64,000 bases of DNA from Marsupella aquatica. Lineage: Eukaryota > Plantae > Marchantiophyta. The notes under the pieces were generated by a model, which was not told where the DNA came from, made no database searches, and saw nothing but the letters and a program-made list of their open reading frames with translations. This document shows, in pieces, positions 48,029 to 62,200 of this stretch; position 1 is the first letter of the stretch; the number at the start of each line of letters is the position of its first letter. The DNA is taken from positions 6,357,708 to 6,421,707 of the forward strand of contig OZ316891.1 in the NCBI GenBank assembly GCA_973895155.1, given 5' to 3'. A program made the position numbers and the translations under genes.

Positions 48029-51000
48029 TGAGTTCAGATTAGCACATTGCTAACAAACGGCTTACTACAAGTGACTGGAAATTTTGACTAGGGAAAGTAT
48101 AGCCTGCATTGATTGAATGCAGGATTGGCTAGGAGAAGTGAAGTTCTGGTCCAATTGGGCTCACTGACATTTTGTTAGGATTGCCTGAGGGGCCACAAAA
48201 TCTTTTGAATGGTCCTCAAAATGGTGGCCAAAACCTGAATTTAAGGGTGGGCTACAACTCAGTTCATTCAATCTCTCTAAGCTGTCCAATCTCCAGCTCC
48301 TCGAGTGCATATTTTGCATTGTAGAGTTTGTTCAATTTTGGTAAAACTTGATGCTTGTGCCCAGTGGTTGCATTATTTCCAAGGACTCTCAAAATATGTT
48401 GATAATTTGTTCTCTAAATACCAGTTAGCACCTTGAATCAAGAACAATAAATTTCTTCCATGGAATGGATGAATTGTCTTTATGTCAGGGAATGGTAGAA
48501 CATGATTGCTGACCAGTTCTATGGAATTTGGATCATTCACAAGAATAATTGATAATTATTCCTGTCTACTTTTTGAACTTGAAGAAGTTGACCCAACTTG
48601 CAATCAGAGTTCCTTTAATTTGTTCCCTTACTTTTGCCCTTAAGTGCTTGGCAGAGCTCCCAACAAAGAAAAGCTTGTGCAATCAGCTGCAGTAATTTGT
48701 CAACCACCTAACCATGGGAAGTACCCCTAAAAATCACACTGCTCTAACCCCACAAGGTCTGCAACAAAAGAAAGGTTTTGCAAGTCCATGCTCAGCACCC
48801 TACACCCAACATGGAAAGAATACAACTTGTCATGAAATTGGAGTTGATGAATAGACCCTATCCAAGCTGATTAGTTCATTATTATCCACCCAAATCTTCA
48901 CGCTTATATTTCGTTTGCCCAAACCTACTCTTTTATCCCCCAAATCTAGATTGCATGGTGCGCTACTTTGCATTTTCCCTCGATCAAATGTGAAATTCTC
49001 ATGCATAAAATCAACTAAGTTTTAAGTGCCCAAAAATACAAACATCTTTTAATTAATAGAGTGATTCATCAAGAACCAAAGGTACTACTAGACTATCAAG
49101 ACTTGTGTTGTTGAAAGTTCCCAGTTTGGAAAATGAGGCTTTTGATAAATCACCATGTCTACCAAAGAACCTGGATGGGCAGTCATAAATAATTATATTC
49201 TCATATATTTGGGTGTCAAAAATAGTTTGGATGGGTCCTTTTGTCAACCATGGTGGTCCATATGGGTCATAACTTCTGTAGTCCGTTTGTTTCTTTGTTT
49301 CAGTTGAAATTTGGATTTCAACTTGACAAACAATATCATCATTAAGAGCTTTGATTATCATCAATTACAAGCTCCATCTAAGTAAATAGCTTATCTTGGA
49401 TTTTAATCCTTAACATTGATGAAGTTGAAGCCCAGATGGACCTCACCAGGGTAATTTTAGAGGTTTTTCCCTATTTCACCAGGGTGGCTAATGTCACCTT
49501 GTATGAAGAAGAAGATTCTAAGAATATTCCTGATCTCATATTCATAGATCAATCTGTGACCATCAGATCTGCGTAGATCGAGCTTAAAAACGACTGTAAG
49601 ATTTTGGCTAATTAATGGAAGACAAAAAGCCTGGCAAACTTTACCCCAAAGTGGCCAAGGCTTTTCAGTGAGGTAGTGAATTCTGTGAAATTTTGCAAGG
49701 CATTTCAGTTGTGTAGTGAATTCACAGATTCTCCAGCATGCAAGGCCAAAATGAATCCTAGGGTATACACCCTTTTCTTCTAAACTCATAATTCTCATCA
49801 ATCTTTTGAATCCATGGCATTTGTTGCACTCTTTAAGTTGCTTGCTGGCAAGACTCCAAGTGGGGCACCTGGGCAGGCAAGAGATTCATAAGATCTACCA
49901 TAATTATGACTTTAGAAGAAACAGCTTTTTACTAACATGGTCTGTCTCCCAAACTACCCAATATTACTAATGTGCCCCCCCCCCCCCCCAATTATTTATC
50001 AACCAGCCCCCCATTTTGTATTTGGGTTAATATTAACTCATATTTGGGTTCCCATTGTCATGTGACAAGTTGCTACTGGCTAGCCTTAAAGTTCCGGCCA
50101 CATGCTATCAAAGACCAAAATCACCCAGAGCCAAGACACATCCTGGATTAATATATTCTCAGTGGGCACTCTGATATATGAAAATGTTAAGGGGAACCCA
50201 GGTTCCTGCAATGATATTGTAACCTCAGAAGGGTTAAATAATTGTTTTCTCATACACAAAACCCGGGACTCTGTATTCCCATTTCATGCCCCAAAACCGA
50301 GCCCAAAACCGGTACAGCCCGAATGTTCTGGGCGAGTTTTGAACTGTTCACCTAATAGCAAAATACCATTAGCTGTGATAGTAACTAAGTTGTCCATGTG
50401 TTGAAACGAAATAAATGTTTTTCATTACTTTGTAAAATTTTAACCTGACCCATTTACTCTTCCGTCCTCAGTACAATTATTGACGGGCTTTGGTTCCAGT
50501 TCCCGCTAACTGGTTCATCTATAATTTTTGATACAAATTTTTAAAATAGATTTATTTATTGCTCTAATCTCTCTGAGTCATATATAATTTTCGATCCATA
50601 TATTATAAGATAGATTGATGATTTATTTATTGCTCTAACCGAGATGACGCTACGAAGATAATTGTCAGACTAATGGTGGGTTCACCAGCTGGGCAGCACC
50701 GGGCCAGTAATGGAAACAGGACAGCCCTGTCCGGATCTGACCGTCCTGTTCTGGTAAGTCCAACCCAGGCTGCCCACGACCGACTCTGACACATGGGGTA
50801 CGTACGCGTATCGGAGACTTTCCTGCCGGCCCGAGGCGCGACGCTGCCCGACACTGACCGTTCTGCCCCGTTAAGTCCGACCCTGACGCGCCTCGGACGC
50901 CTTGCAGCCCGCAGCCTCGGGGTCCACCGAACCGGTCCCTCGAGTGGCCCTGAAAATGTTTGGCTGCCCAGCCCGCATCGATACTCATGGCTCGAGAACC

Positions 51001-52696
51001 CGTACGGGAGATGCCGCGAAACAATTTTCTTTTTCTTTGTTTAGTTTTTTGCTCCTGTTGCGTTACAAGGGTAGCAGAGGCGCAAAAGGACAAGGTACTA
51101 CCGACGGTGAGGGCGGGCAGCGCCAAAGGAATATAGGACAACAAGGTGGGCACTGTTGTGCTGCCAGCGTATTTTTTAGTGGCGAAAATTCGGTGGATTT
51201 TCGCCACTTTTGGCTAACATTAACCAGGTTAGTTTTATCTTTCCCACTAGCTACTGTAGTTTCCTACCTAGCCAGACACCCCATGACACAACATCTAATG
51301 GTCATCCTCTGGGGACATCACAAAAAATTAGAGAACATTAGATAAGGACTATACTAAGCGTCTTTTTGGCTGGCATTTGCCAGCAACACCTATATAAAAA
51401 GATTCGTGGCTATGTCCTGTTCATCCCTCCCCCTTATCTGTTCGTTGTGTGCACACTCACTTTTAGTGATGTCCTTAGTTAGAGTCAGGGTCTACATTGC
51501 TCCCTGCAAATCAGTCTTGGTAACACTATTTGCTTCACTCTAGGTAGTAGGCCCAGGCAGTAGCTTTTTATTGCAATTATATAATAGGCTGATTACCCTT
51601 TCCTTGAACGTAAATAGAGATGAGGAGAAAAAAACTTAACCTACAAAGGATTCTATGCTATCTCCTAAGTATTCCTCTTGGCCCCATCCTTGTTTTTTGT
51701 TTGCACCCTCACTTTCAATTGCACTCCCTTTCTCCTTCAATTTATGGTGGAGAGGGTTTCTCAATCTGCAAAGAAGCATCCCTCAAACCATTTCATAGTT
51801 CCAAGCGTTCACCATCTATTTATACAATCTCAACACAACAATATGATATAGTCCCCCTCCCCTCTTGTTTCCAACAAAACTAATAAAAACAAATCCTCCC
51901 CTCCTGCAAATGATACCAATGTGAGTTAGTTGCTTGACAACTTCTACTCAAATTTTCTCCTTCCAATGCACCTCCTCTACGCATATCAAAACGGGTTTGG
52001 TGGTAACATATATAAAACAGAAAACTATTGGGGTCATCTATAAAGGATATCCTATCTATTTGCGCATTCCCCTCTTAATCTAGAAAGCTATTACATGTTT
52101 ATATCAACAATGAAAAACATTCCCTTCCTTAAAAAAGTTACTTTGGACACCCCTCTTGCAGGCTTGACGTCAGTAATATGAACAGTCATTCTTTTCCTTC
52201 CAAAAGTGGATTCAGCCCAGTTGGAAACTGTCACATATAAAGCGATCAGTAAGCTATGGATTGGACCAGGAGAGATATCGAGAAACCACATCTACAAGCT
52301 TCTTAAAGCCTATGAAGAAGTCCACATATTCTGATCATCCTCATACCAAACTACCAAAGGCTCAATCTGGCAAGTAAACAAAACATTCCTTTTACAGTAG
52401 GCTCTTACATTTTACTAAAAAAAAACAGTAGGCTTTTATATTGCAAGCCAAAGGGGAATACTTTATCTAATTGCATCTATGGGCCGTACTCTGTGGATAT
52501 GTAACTGTTCATTCGTATTTATAAAGGAAGGGGGGGGGGGGGGGGGGTTGGGGCACTTAGGTAAGCCAGTTGCAGAAATGAGGCCGACCAAGTCTCAAGG
52601 GCACTCAATAAATAAGATTAATGTTCCTTATCGTTGTACCTCAATGTGCACATACACTAATTGCCCTTCCAATAATCATACTGTGGTGCACTCATT

Positions 52697-52974
52697 GATT
52701 TAAAGAAAATAACCAGTTTTATCACGACATAAAGAGATGTAGTACACCATATATGTCATAGTTTGATTTAAAGAAAATAATAAAGTTTTATCATGGTGTG
52801 GTGGGATGTAGTACACCATATATGTCATATTTTGATTTAAAGAAACTAACAAAGTTTTATCATGGTGTGGTGGGATGTAGTACACCATATATGTCATATT
52901 TTGATTTAAAGAAAATAACAAAGTTTTATCATGATGTGGTGGGATGTAGTACACCATATATGTCATATTTTGAT
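52697..52974. repeat. ~69-bp tandem array, 4 units
   Basis: GATTTAAAGAAAATAACAAAGTTTTATCATGGTGTGGTGGGATGTAGTACACCATATATGTCATATTTT at ~52697, 52765, 52834, 52904. Confidence 0.93.
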
Positions 52975-55900
52975 GTGCAGTTACCGGGACTTCACTCAGA
53001 GTCCACTCTGTCCCAGCACTCCCCCCCCCTCAACTAACAATGATCTTTTTCCCCAAATTTTTTGTCTATTTAGACATTCAAAAAACTTTTTAAATTTTAT
53101 TTTAAATTTCATTTATTTCCGCTTAAACCCCACGGAGAGGGAAATCAGCAGGCCCAACGGCAAAAGCAGCCCGGCAAGGAGCAGAAAAGAGGACAAAATA
53201 GAGCTAACCTAAATCTACAACTTAAGCCAATGAAATTCTTCTGTGGAAAGAAAGAAACTGCCTTCAGGTCACCTAAGTACCTTTAGCAACAGTCTAGACA
53301 TTCACAAAACTTGTGAAAATAAACCTTCATTAGTCTTCACCATGCCATCGCAAGGTTTGCAAAAAGTTATCCACTTCTTAGTGTAGTTTCTTAAGAGAAA
53401 ATGAGAGTGTTGGGAGGGGAATGTTGTGGGTTGTGGACATCCTTTCAGCTGGATGCGTATTTGTTCTCATTTGGGGATTTCTCTCGTAGGTGCCCAGGTT
53501 ATTGCTACCTGTTTTGAAGCTTTTGACTCTGTTGATCTGGTCAATTGGATTTGATTTCCTTCTTCTCACTTGGGTTGGTTCTAAACATATGAAAGGTTCA
53601 GTGTATTTTGCTGCTGGCTTAGGTTACTACCCTGGTGGACATGGCTCTTGCTTGTTTCTATTTTGATAATTGAGACTTTTGGGTAGTGATTATATCCTTG
53701 CATGTTTGGAAAGTCATTTCAGTCCCTAGAGTTGCTTTATGTTGATAGCTTGGGGATAGTCCTGGCCGGTTTCAATCGGCAGTTTCTTCTTTTACCAATG
53801 AGATCTAACCCTTTGTTTGTCTTTATTTTGAACGGTTGTGTCTCTCTTCTTTCCTTCTCCTGCTTCTCTCCCCTTTTCTTCTCTTCATTGGACATCTCTC
53901 CCTCTTTTATGAGTGTGACAACCCCATCAGTTCAGGTGCACTTCTTATGCAATTTCCAATGCATGTATGTGGAGACTGGACTTTCTGCCTCGTGGATTTT
54001 TGTATGTAGTTGGCCCTCCATGCCTGTCTCCAACAACTAAAATAATATCAGATGCAATCAGTGCCCTTATTATGGCTGAGGCTAACTCCAAAGGTCCACG
54101 TACGGACCAAGAGTTTCAATGTGTCCCTTGAGACGAAAGATTTCTAGGGATCGATGGTGTCTGTCTTTGATTCACTAACGACTTAAATTGGCAAAATTTT
54201 GCACAGAGTGATCACATGCTCCATTCAGAATGTAGAGGGCCATTGAATTTTTTAATTTTTTTTCCTCAAGTGCATATGTGCAGCTTGTTCATACTGCATG
54301 CCCAATATCTCAAACTCAAATACAAGGCACAAGGGGCAGCATTTGGATAAAATAACCCCTTGCCTTTCTATTGAAAAATTGCTTTTTTTGGGGGAAGATG
54401 GTAGCATTCACAATCCCCTCAGGCCAGATGAACCGCAAGTTGGCTTTTCAGGATGGTCAGCTTCAAGACAAAGATAGTGAGAGACAATATGAGACTTGAT
54501 ATACATCCTTGGAAAGTAATGAGGTACATCTGTGGGAAAGATGGAGGAAACTTGATTTGTCAAATCGAAGAAGAGTAGAAAGCACTAAACATTTGCTGTA
54601 TGCATCTTTGTCATACAACAGTGAATTGTATCCAAGGAAACGAATCAGCTGCCTTTGATATTGCAAAACTGTTGTGATAATGTAAACACACAACACCTCG
54701 AGCAATATTGTTACAAGATTGTTTGAAGGTGGGAACACATCTCAATAACATTCATGTACCGTTATTTCTGTGCGTCCAAGAGTCAACATTGAAATTACAT
54801 CCATCCTGAATGGTCATATGTACTTCACCGATTTATCATTTTTAAACTGATACACTTCATTCCACGTGCCAAGTGAAAACATTGAAATGGCTGGACCACT
54901 GGTTTGTGCTGCTCTCCTCGAGGAGCCACCTAATAAAGAATCGAATCAGTGGACTAAGGTTTGAGATGCATATCCGGAGGGGATACCGAGTACAACATTG
55001 AAATAACATGTGCTGAGCCGCATACAAAAAATCCAGCAACTCCGATACTGATCATGGCGTACACCAATACATGCACGTCCAGAGGAGATACTCTGACTTA
55101 ACACTTACCTCCTGTAGTGGTCAATGGGCCAACCAAATACCTCCGTAATCAAACATTGTGTGTAGGTACCGGATTCTGTCCAATTGTCAACTCCTCTACT
55201 CACAACACGACGCACCTGAGCGTGCTTCCAGACGTAGACTTCTCTGAATCCTTCCGCCTGTAAAGTACTGTAGTGAACCAAATTTCATCCTGCTCCAGTG
55301 TCTGCTTCTTCTCAGTTGCAAGCAGCTCTTCACGAATCTGGCACTTCTCCTCGAGCAGATTTTCGCTTAGAAATCTGATTTTTGCCGCCTCCATAAAGCC
55401 TTCCACTGTACCCATGCCGAAACTACAGCACAGGGATCAGTGGCCCTTGGGTGCAACTTGATTGAAGGGATGTTGAAGCAAGGATCTAGAGTATAGACCT
55501 CGATTAACGGAGTCCCAACTTCCAGTGAACAAGAGGCAAGAATGAGATCGTGTGGCAGATGGAAAGCAAAACATCAGAAAGCGGACTAAACTAGGGACCA
55601 TCCAAAATGAATGGCAAAAAATGCGCATTACTTGTGTAACAGAAGTTCACATTCTTATTGCTGGGAAAAACTGTGTTACTCGCTTACCAAAGAACTTCTG
55701 GCTTCATTGATGGTTGCTGATAATGATAATAGGTTCTCTTTAATCAAGCTGATATACAAATCTACAACAACAGTGAGAGTACACACTTCGCCATCGCAAC
55801 AAATAGGGAAGAGATTCTGATGGTAACAAATTCAGGGAAAGTACACACGAGACTGATAGAAAATTATGTACAACAGTCTTGGTCATCGTGAACACAGGGT

Positions 55901-56261
55901 ACCCAAAGGTACCCACATTGCAATTGCGCTTTGTTTAAAAAATATTTTCGACACCTCCTATGTGAGGAAGAGGCCGGCCACTCAAATATCAAATGATGAT
56001 GGTACAAACTAAGCAAAGTAACTATATGCAGATCTACATCTTCATCTTCCACGATGCAGGGAAGATGAGGGGAAGATATGGCACGACCTCATTCAAATGA
56101 ATCACATCAAAACACTGTACATGGACGAAGCTGATAGTCGAAATACATTTTGTATTCAGGATGAGCGCCAGTCTCGTAAGAGGTGAGAACACGAAGACCG
56201 AGGTAGCTACGTCGAAACAACGAGGCTGGTTCGTCTCATCCCAAAACAAAATGTGGTTCGA

Positions 56262-59200
56262 CTACTGCTCATCCCAGGGCCCCACAAAGACAACTTCGCG
56301 AGACTTCAGCCACTGCAGCATTTGGTCATCCTGTGGCTTGTCTTCCAGGACAGCGTCCAGCATTGGACTACCAAACAGGCCCCTTTCATTTTTGAAAGAC
56401 CAAAACTGGGACCAAAACTTTGAAGTAGGCCATTTCTGCTGTGGTTTCTCTTCCTGAAGAGTTCACAACAACACGAGGTTCAGAATCAATTTGAGGCCAA
56501 AAGCAATAATGGTAGTACGTCCAAACGAGTCGCACAATAGGGGTAATGCTTTACCTCCAAATTCATGAAATCCAAGTATTTCTGAACTTAACTGCTCTGA
56601 ATGGATTAAAACGATACGAGAGTAGGGCCCTAAATTCTCACAATGTGGCTAATCATTTTCTGCCGATGTTTTTCACCATATCCTTGTCTGAAATCGTGTT
56701 GCATGCTTTTGGCGTAGCAAGACGACACATCCGGTAACGTAAGGCAACCCCGAGCTGCTTTTGCAAGGCTCGCTCCAGGGTCAGCTACACTCTGCTTGTA
56801 CCAACCTATGAGCTGTCCCCACACATACTCCTTGCTGTAAGTCTTATGCCAAAGTCGTGATCCAGAAATTGAATGCCTACTTGAACCAAGATCAAGTGGA
56901 TGGATGTGCATGGGAGTTGATTCCACAACTGCGTAATCCTGCAGATATTTAACAAGATTACGACAATAAGATCGCAAAGCTTTTCAAGAGGAGCAATGGA
57001 CACAACCGATAGTTAAATTTGTATCACCAGACACGTACATAAAATTCTAAAATGACAACTATTCTAATCATCTTCATGACAAACAACTAGCCATTGGCGA
57101 ATCGAGGAAGGACAACCACAAACCTCCGCAATGAAGAAGTTTCTGGTGTAAGCATAGATATGGATCAGATCAGCAGCTGCATCATGCCTAGCCTTGCAAG
57201 TTGCCGGAAGCCTTCTCAGCTCATCTCTCAACCTATTATGTGAGAAAATCACACGAGATGTGAATTCATCCATCTAGTACATGATAGCGCGGAACCATTT
57301 TGTGATACCTCCCATGTCCTAATTAATAATTAATGACAGGACCACGGAAACGATACAGGAAAAACATCATTTAGTGACAAGATTTTGTAGACATACCATA
57401 AAAGACATTGCATGAGGTTAGTCCCCAGATCATGTGGCGCATGCTTGGCTATGCTCTGGGTGAAGTCTGCCATTGTTTCCTTGGGTAAATGTGGGGCCAA
57501 GCACTGTAAGAGCTCGTTCACCACAGAATCATCCCTCTTCCATATCCATTGCACCATGTCCTTTTTGTCTAGCATTCGTAATGGGGGTGGGGCCAAGCTC
57601 GGGTTCTTGTAGACCTTTGTCAAGATGTGGCGAACCTGCTCACATAGACGATCGAATCATTGAACAAAGGGAAAATAGTAACGAAGCTTTACAATGTGTC
57701 AATGACACAAAGAGTAGGTACTGATGCCCACCTTGTCCAGAGTGATAGCCAGGTTCTGAAGCCTTTGATTGTAGACACCCTCAGTCTGTTAAAAACACAA
57801 CATAGACAGGTACTCAATGGACAGTCACGCCTCAAATTAGTTCACTCATTTAATCCTGAGGTGCAAAAGTATGTAGTACTTCCCACATCGCATCTCCAGC
57901 ATTACTGACCTAGAAAAATGATTATCTGCATTGCCTACCTGGAGTCACTTTAATAGCGAGTCTGTACGACAAAGCTAACCTGAACGAACAACACTGGTAA
58001 TGAAAATACATATCGACTTCTCACTGAACACTTTCCCAGCAAAGTAAAAGGCAAACGTATTCCTCTACTGGCACTGTATCACTGCACCACAGAGCAACAT
58101 TGTTCTTTCTAGAGAAGGGAGAGCCACTTGTTCCTTCGCTCCCGGAAATTTTCTGGTCTATCCGGCCAATTGGATACCCAGGAACATTGAATGCCCCAAT
58201 AAAGCCCTCTTCACCTCGGCCTTCAATTCATTGTTGCACATCTCTCTTGCCCAAGACTTAATTTCGAGTCATCTCCAGTTTTTTATGCAGACTAGACCAT
58301 TGATTTTGATAGCTAGCAGGGTGGGGTCAAGAGTGAGGTAATATGTCATAGAACGTACCGTGATCTCAGCATTCTCTTCTATACAACCCTCAATCATTCC
58401 TTGTTGAACCTTCAGCTCCAAATCTTTCAGCAGCTCTGCGGGAAGGAGGGTCTTCTCAATGTTCATAAAATGAACCTGCTCACCACCAAACGCAGAAAAT
58501 CGAGTCAAATCTTGTGCGATTGGAGGAGGTTATATACGACGGGAGAAACATATTATCAAATTTTGGAGAAACACGAAGTGCACAAAACAAGAATTCAACT
58601 CATTGATAATCGATGCCTACCACGCCTGCTGCATATTTAAGAACCCAGGGTGGCAGCCCTGAAAGTAGACAGCTACCCAGACCAGCTTGCCTCATTTCTT
58701 TCACTCCTTCCTCTGTAACAGAGGTAGCAGTACAAGAATCCAGGAGCAAACGATGCCGGTCCAACAGACCATGCTGCTTCAGGATGACCTGGAGACACAA
58801 AATATCACATACAAGTATTTGAAAAGTGGAGCACGATAGGTATCTTGAGGTAGCTACGCACAAGGGAGAAACATTCACCCAATGAGGAATGCCTCATTGA
58901 ACTAATTCAAATACTGACGTGCTACGAAAAAGGGAAGAAAAAAATTCAAATATTAGATAAGGGTGGAAACTTCTACCTCTTCAAAAGTTCCAGACCCAGT
59001 CAAATTGAGATAACTCCCCCTACATCCTTGGCTTCCACACAAACAAACTGCATTGTTGTATTCCTCCTTGCTCTGAAATTTCGACATTACATCAAAAATT
59101 TATTGTCCCCTCAGCATGAAAGCCAGTGAAGTTATGATTTTCTCAAACATCGAGTAATCGCGATGCACACCATCAAGCATAGTAAACAAACAAGGTACAG

Positions 59201-62200
59201 GGTGTACCTCTGTGACAGAATTATAATCGAACGTGAGCTCCTCTCCTCGCTGTATGGGCTTCAGCGTATATACCCCAATTATATATTTGTCATTGACAGC
59301 TGTAATTCTGTGACCAGAAGCCCAACTAGTTAGGTCAGGGGCTGAGGTACTCTAGCCTAACCAAATTGCAATCATGGATCACGGAGAGAAAACTAAGCTT
59401 TAATTTTATGCAATGCTGCATCTACAAAACATATTTGAAACGGAAGCATTACTAACAAAGAACAGGTAAGACATTCAACCCGACAGCAAGACAACTAGAC
59501 ACTGCCTTAAGTCAAGAAGAAGGGGCATATTGTAAAACAGCTTTCTCAACCCGTCTTAACTTAAAGTCCATTCCAGAAATCAAACAAGGAAAACACAGAT
59601 TCTTACTTGGCTTCACAATTCGGCCGACAAGAGTGACAGAGGCGACTTGCAAAATTTGCCTTGTGCATAGCATCAACGACAAGAAGATCATAACCAGCAG
59701 CATCACCCTGCACGATACCACGATGATCAAGAATTACACAATAAAGGATAGAGTGCAAACTAAATGATCTCCTTAGAAAAACCAAACTTTTTTGAAAGAG
59801 CCTGTAGTTGATGTCATTACTGTGTCCTGTTTAACGACAATCAAAGTACCTTCGGTCTTTCGTAGAGAATGTTGTAAAACTCGGGCGTTGTATCCTTGTC
59901 CTTCTTCTGAAGAGATCGAATACCATCCTGCTTTTCATACCATCTCCAAGGAGGGTAGACCTGGATTCAATTTGAACGTCAGGTGTCATTGCATGTTCTA
60001 TTGACCTCTTCACAAAAGGTTTAGGGCATTATTGCACTAACAAACTTCAGAAACAGCGGCCATATTCTGAGGTCTATGAGTTCACTGCTCCCTGACAGAC
60101 ATGATCAACACAATCTGCCCAAAAGGCACTCCTGCTGACATTCGTCTCAATAAATCCTGAGCGAAGTCCTAACACATGTAGCAAATCACAGCTATCCAAA
60201 ATGTTTACTGTCACCTAAGACCGTTCCGGCATTGCACTTAATCTTAACTTTTACTGCGGTGTAAAAACTACGGGGTAACGTTGTTGTATAGCCTACATCC
60301 CTAAATCTATGGTATTCATGCATTGCGGTCTTACGGCGGAAGTTAAACAAAGGAACAATAACCATTCCAATAGTGAATATGTAAAATAACGGACACACAC
60401 CTCCCCGAAAAACTCTACTACAAACTCGTCTTTCTCCAATCCATCATCTTTGTTGCAAACGACTCCAAGACCCTGCAACCGAACCATCCACCACATCAAT
60501 ACAACCAACTAAATCGGAATTCTATGACAAGTGCAACACACCTGCCTTTCCCAACAGAAATTCAAAAAACAGTCGAAGAGCGTAACGGTCCAAAAGACCT
60601 GCAAGCCATTAGAAATCCATCATTGGACACAAAGTACACTCACCTTTCGGTAGGCAACAAACTTCTCTTTACGGAATCGCATGTTACTGAGAAGTTGTTC
60701 ACTGAAGTCTTTCAATGCCCAGGCATGGTCGGCGCCTGCCTCCATTACAATCCTCTCCACGACTCTTTCTAGGCTGTACTCCATTGGGGCCTTACCACTT
60801 TGATTGAATTGCTTTGCCTCTTTATTCAAGGCCAGAAGAAGCCGCTGTTATGACGTACAAGAACGTCACGACAAAATTCAGTAGAGGCCAGAACATTATA
60901 TACATTACCAGACACTCTAGATATCACCAGCGAACCAGACTGTACGACCAAAGAAGACTTGGTCAAAGTCTGCGCACAGTTAAATCAAATATTTTGCACC
61001 GAGAAGTTGTCTTCCTCCCACCATTCATCTTGAATACAACGACCACACGGAAGCTTAGACCAAAAACATCCATGCACGTCATAAGCAAACGCCCTTTCTG
61101 CACTGCAAACAAAATCAAAACAATACCTCTTCAATGAATTGCTGCCTTAGGCTATCTGATAAGCCATTTATCCCTTTCATGCTATCCCATAGAAGATTAT
61201 GAGTAAAAGGATCAATCCCATAAACCTCTTGCTCCTGCACTTCTTGGCCAAGTTCCTTCCGAGGACGGTAATCCCTTGTCTCTGGAATATCTAGATGTGA
61301 GTAACTGTCAACACGCTGATCTTTTGCCACTTGAAGCTTCTCTTCATAATCTTCAGGTAGCTGTACTTTCATCTTTTGCTCTACTCGATCCCTATCCACA
61401 ACTATTTTGTATTCATCAATCAATGCGTACTTGCGAGTCACAGGTGGAACCATGGCAGCTTTGGTCATTCGCGCACCCCAGCTATGAATTCCCAACTGCA
61501 TATCGTCATCTGAGTAGTACAACTCATCCTCAAAGATTCCATCCTCCCCTTCCGACTCACTTGGAACATCAGAATCTGAAGCCTCTGTTTCAGTTTCCTC
61601 CTCATCTTCTTCCATCAACGTAGGCTCCTCGTCCTCCTCGGAACTATCAACCTCCGATTCCCATGACTGCTCCTTCTTCAACTTTGAAACCTTTCTAGTC
61701 TCATGCTCAGTTGAGTCACTGTCACTGTCTACATCGCCGCTGCTTGATTCACCTTGCCTACCCTTCTTAGCCACTCCAAACTTCACTTTCTGGACTCCAT
61801 CATCCCAAACTTTCCGTTTTTTCTTGGTGTGCTGTTGAAGCATAGAATGAGTTTTCAGCCCACCCTTGCCTACTTTGCTTGATGGTCGTGACCCTAGAAG
61901 TTTGCCTTGATTGTGAGAATCCGTTGGCGAAGTCCCCGCAATTTGGCTCTCTACCAATTTGAATTGTTGATGAGCGAGTTTGAAAATCTTCTCTGCCGCT
62001 GAGTAGCTTAGCTTGTCTTTGTCATTACTACAATCCAGAGATGTAAACGACATTAGCACCGACGCAAGGTCATCATTGTAGTCTGAAATTGTTTACTGTG
62101 AAGCAAAATGCCAGACTTATGCTGAATCCGTTGAACACACTGCAACTCCGGAAACTTTTCATCATTGCTAGTGATCTGCTACTAAAAAGTTCAACATAAG

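Noticed and set aside
51880-54080. Possible LINE remnants
   Set aside because: No RT or endonuclease motif recognisable in any frame.
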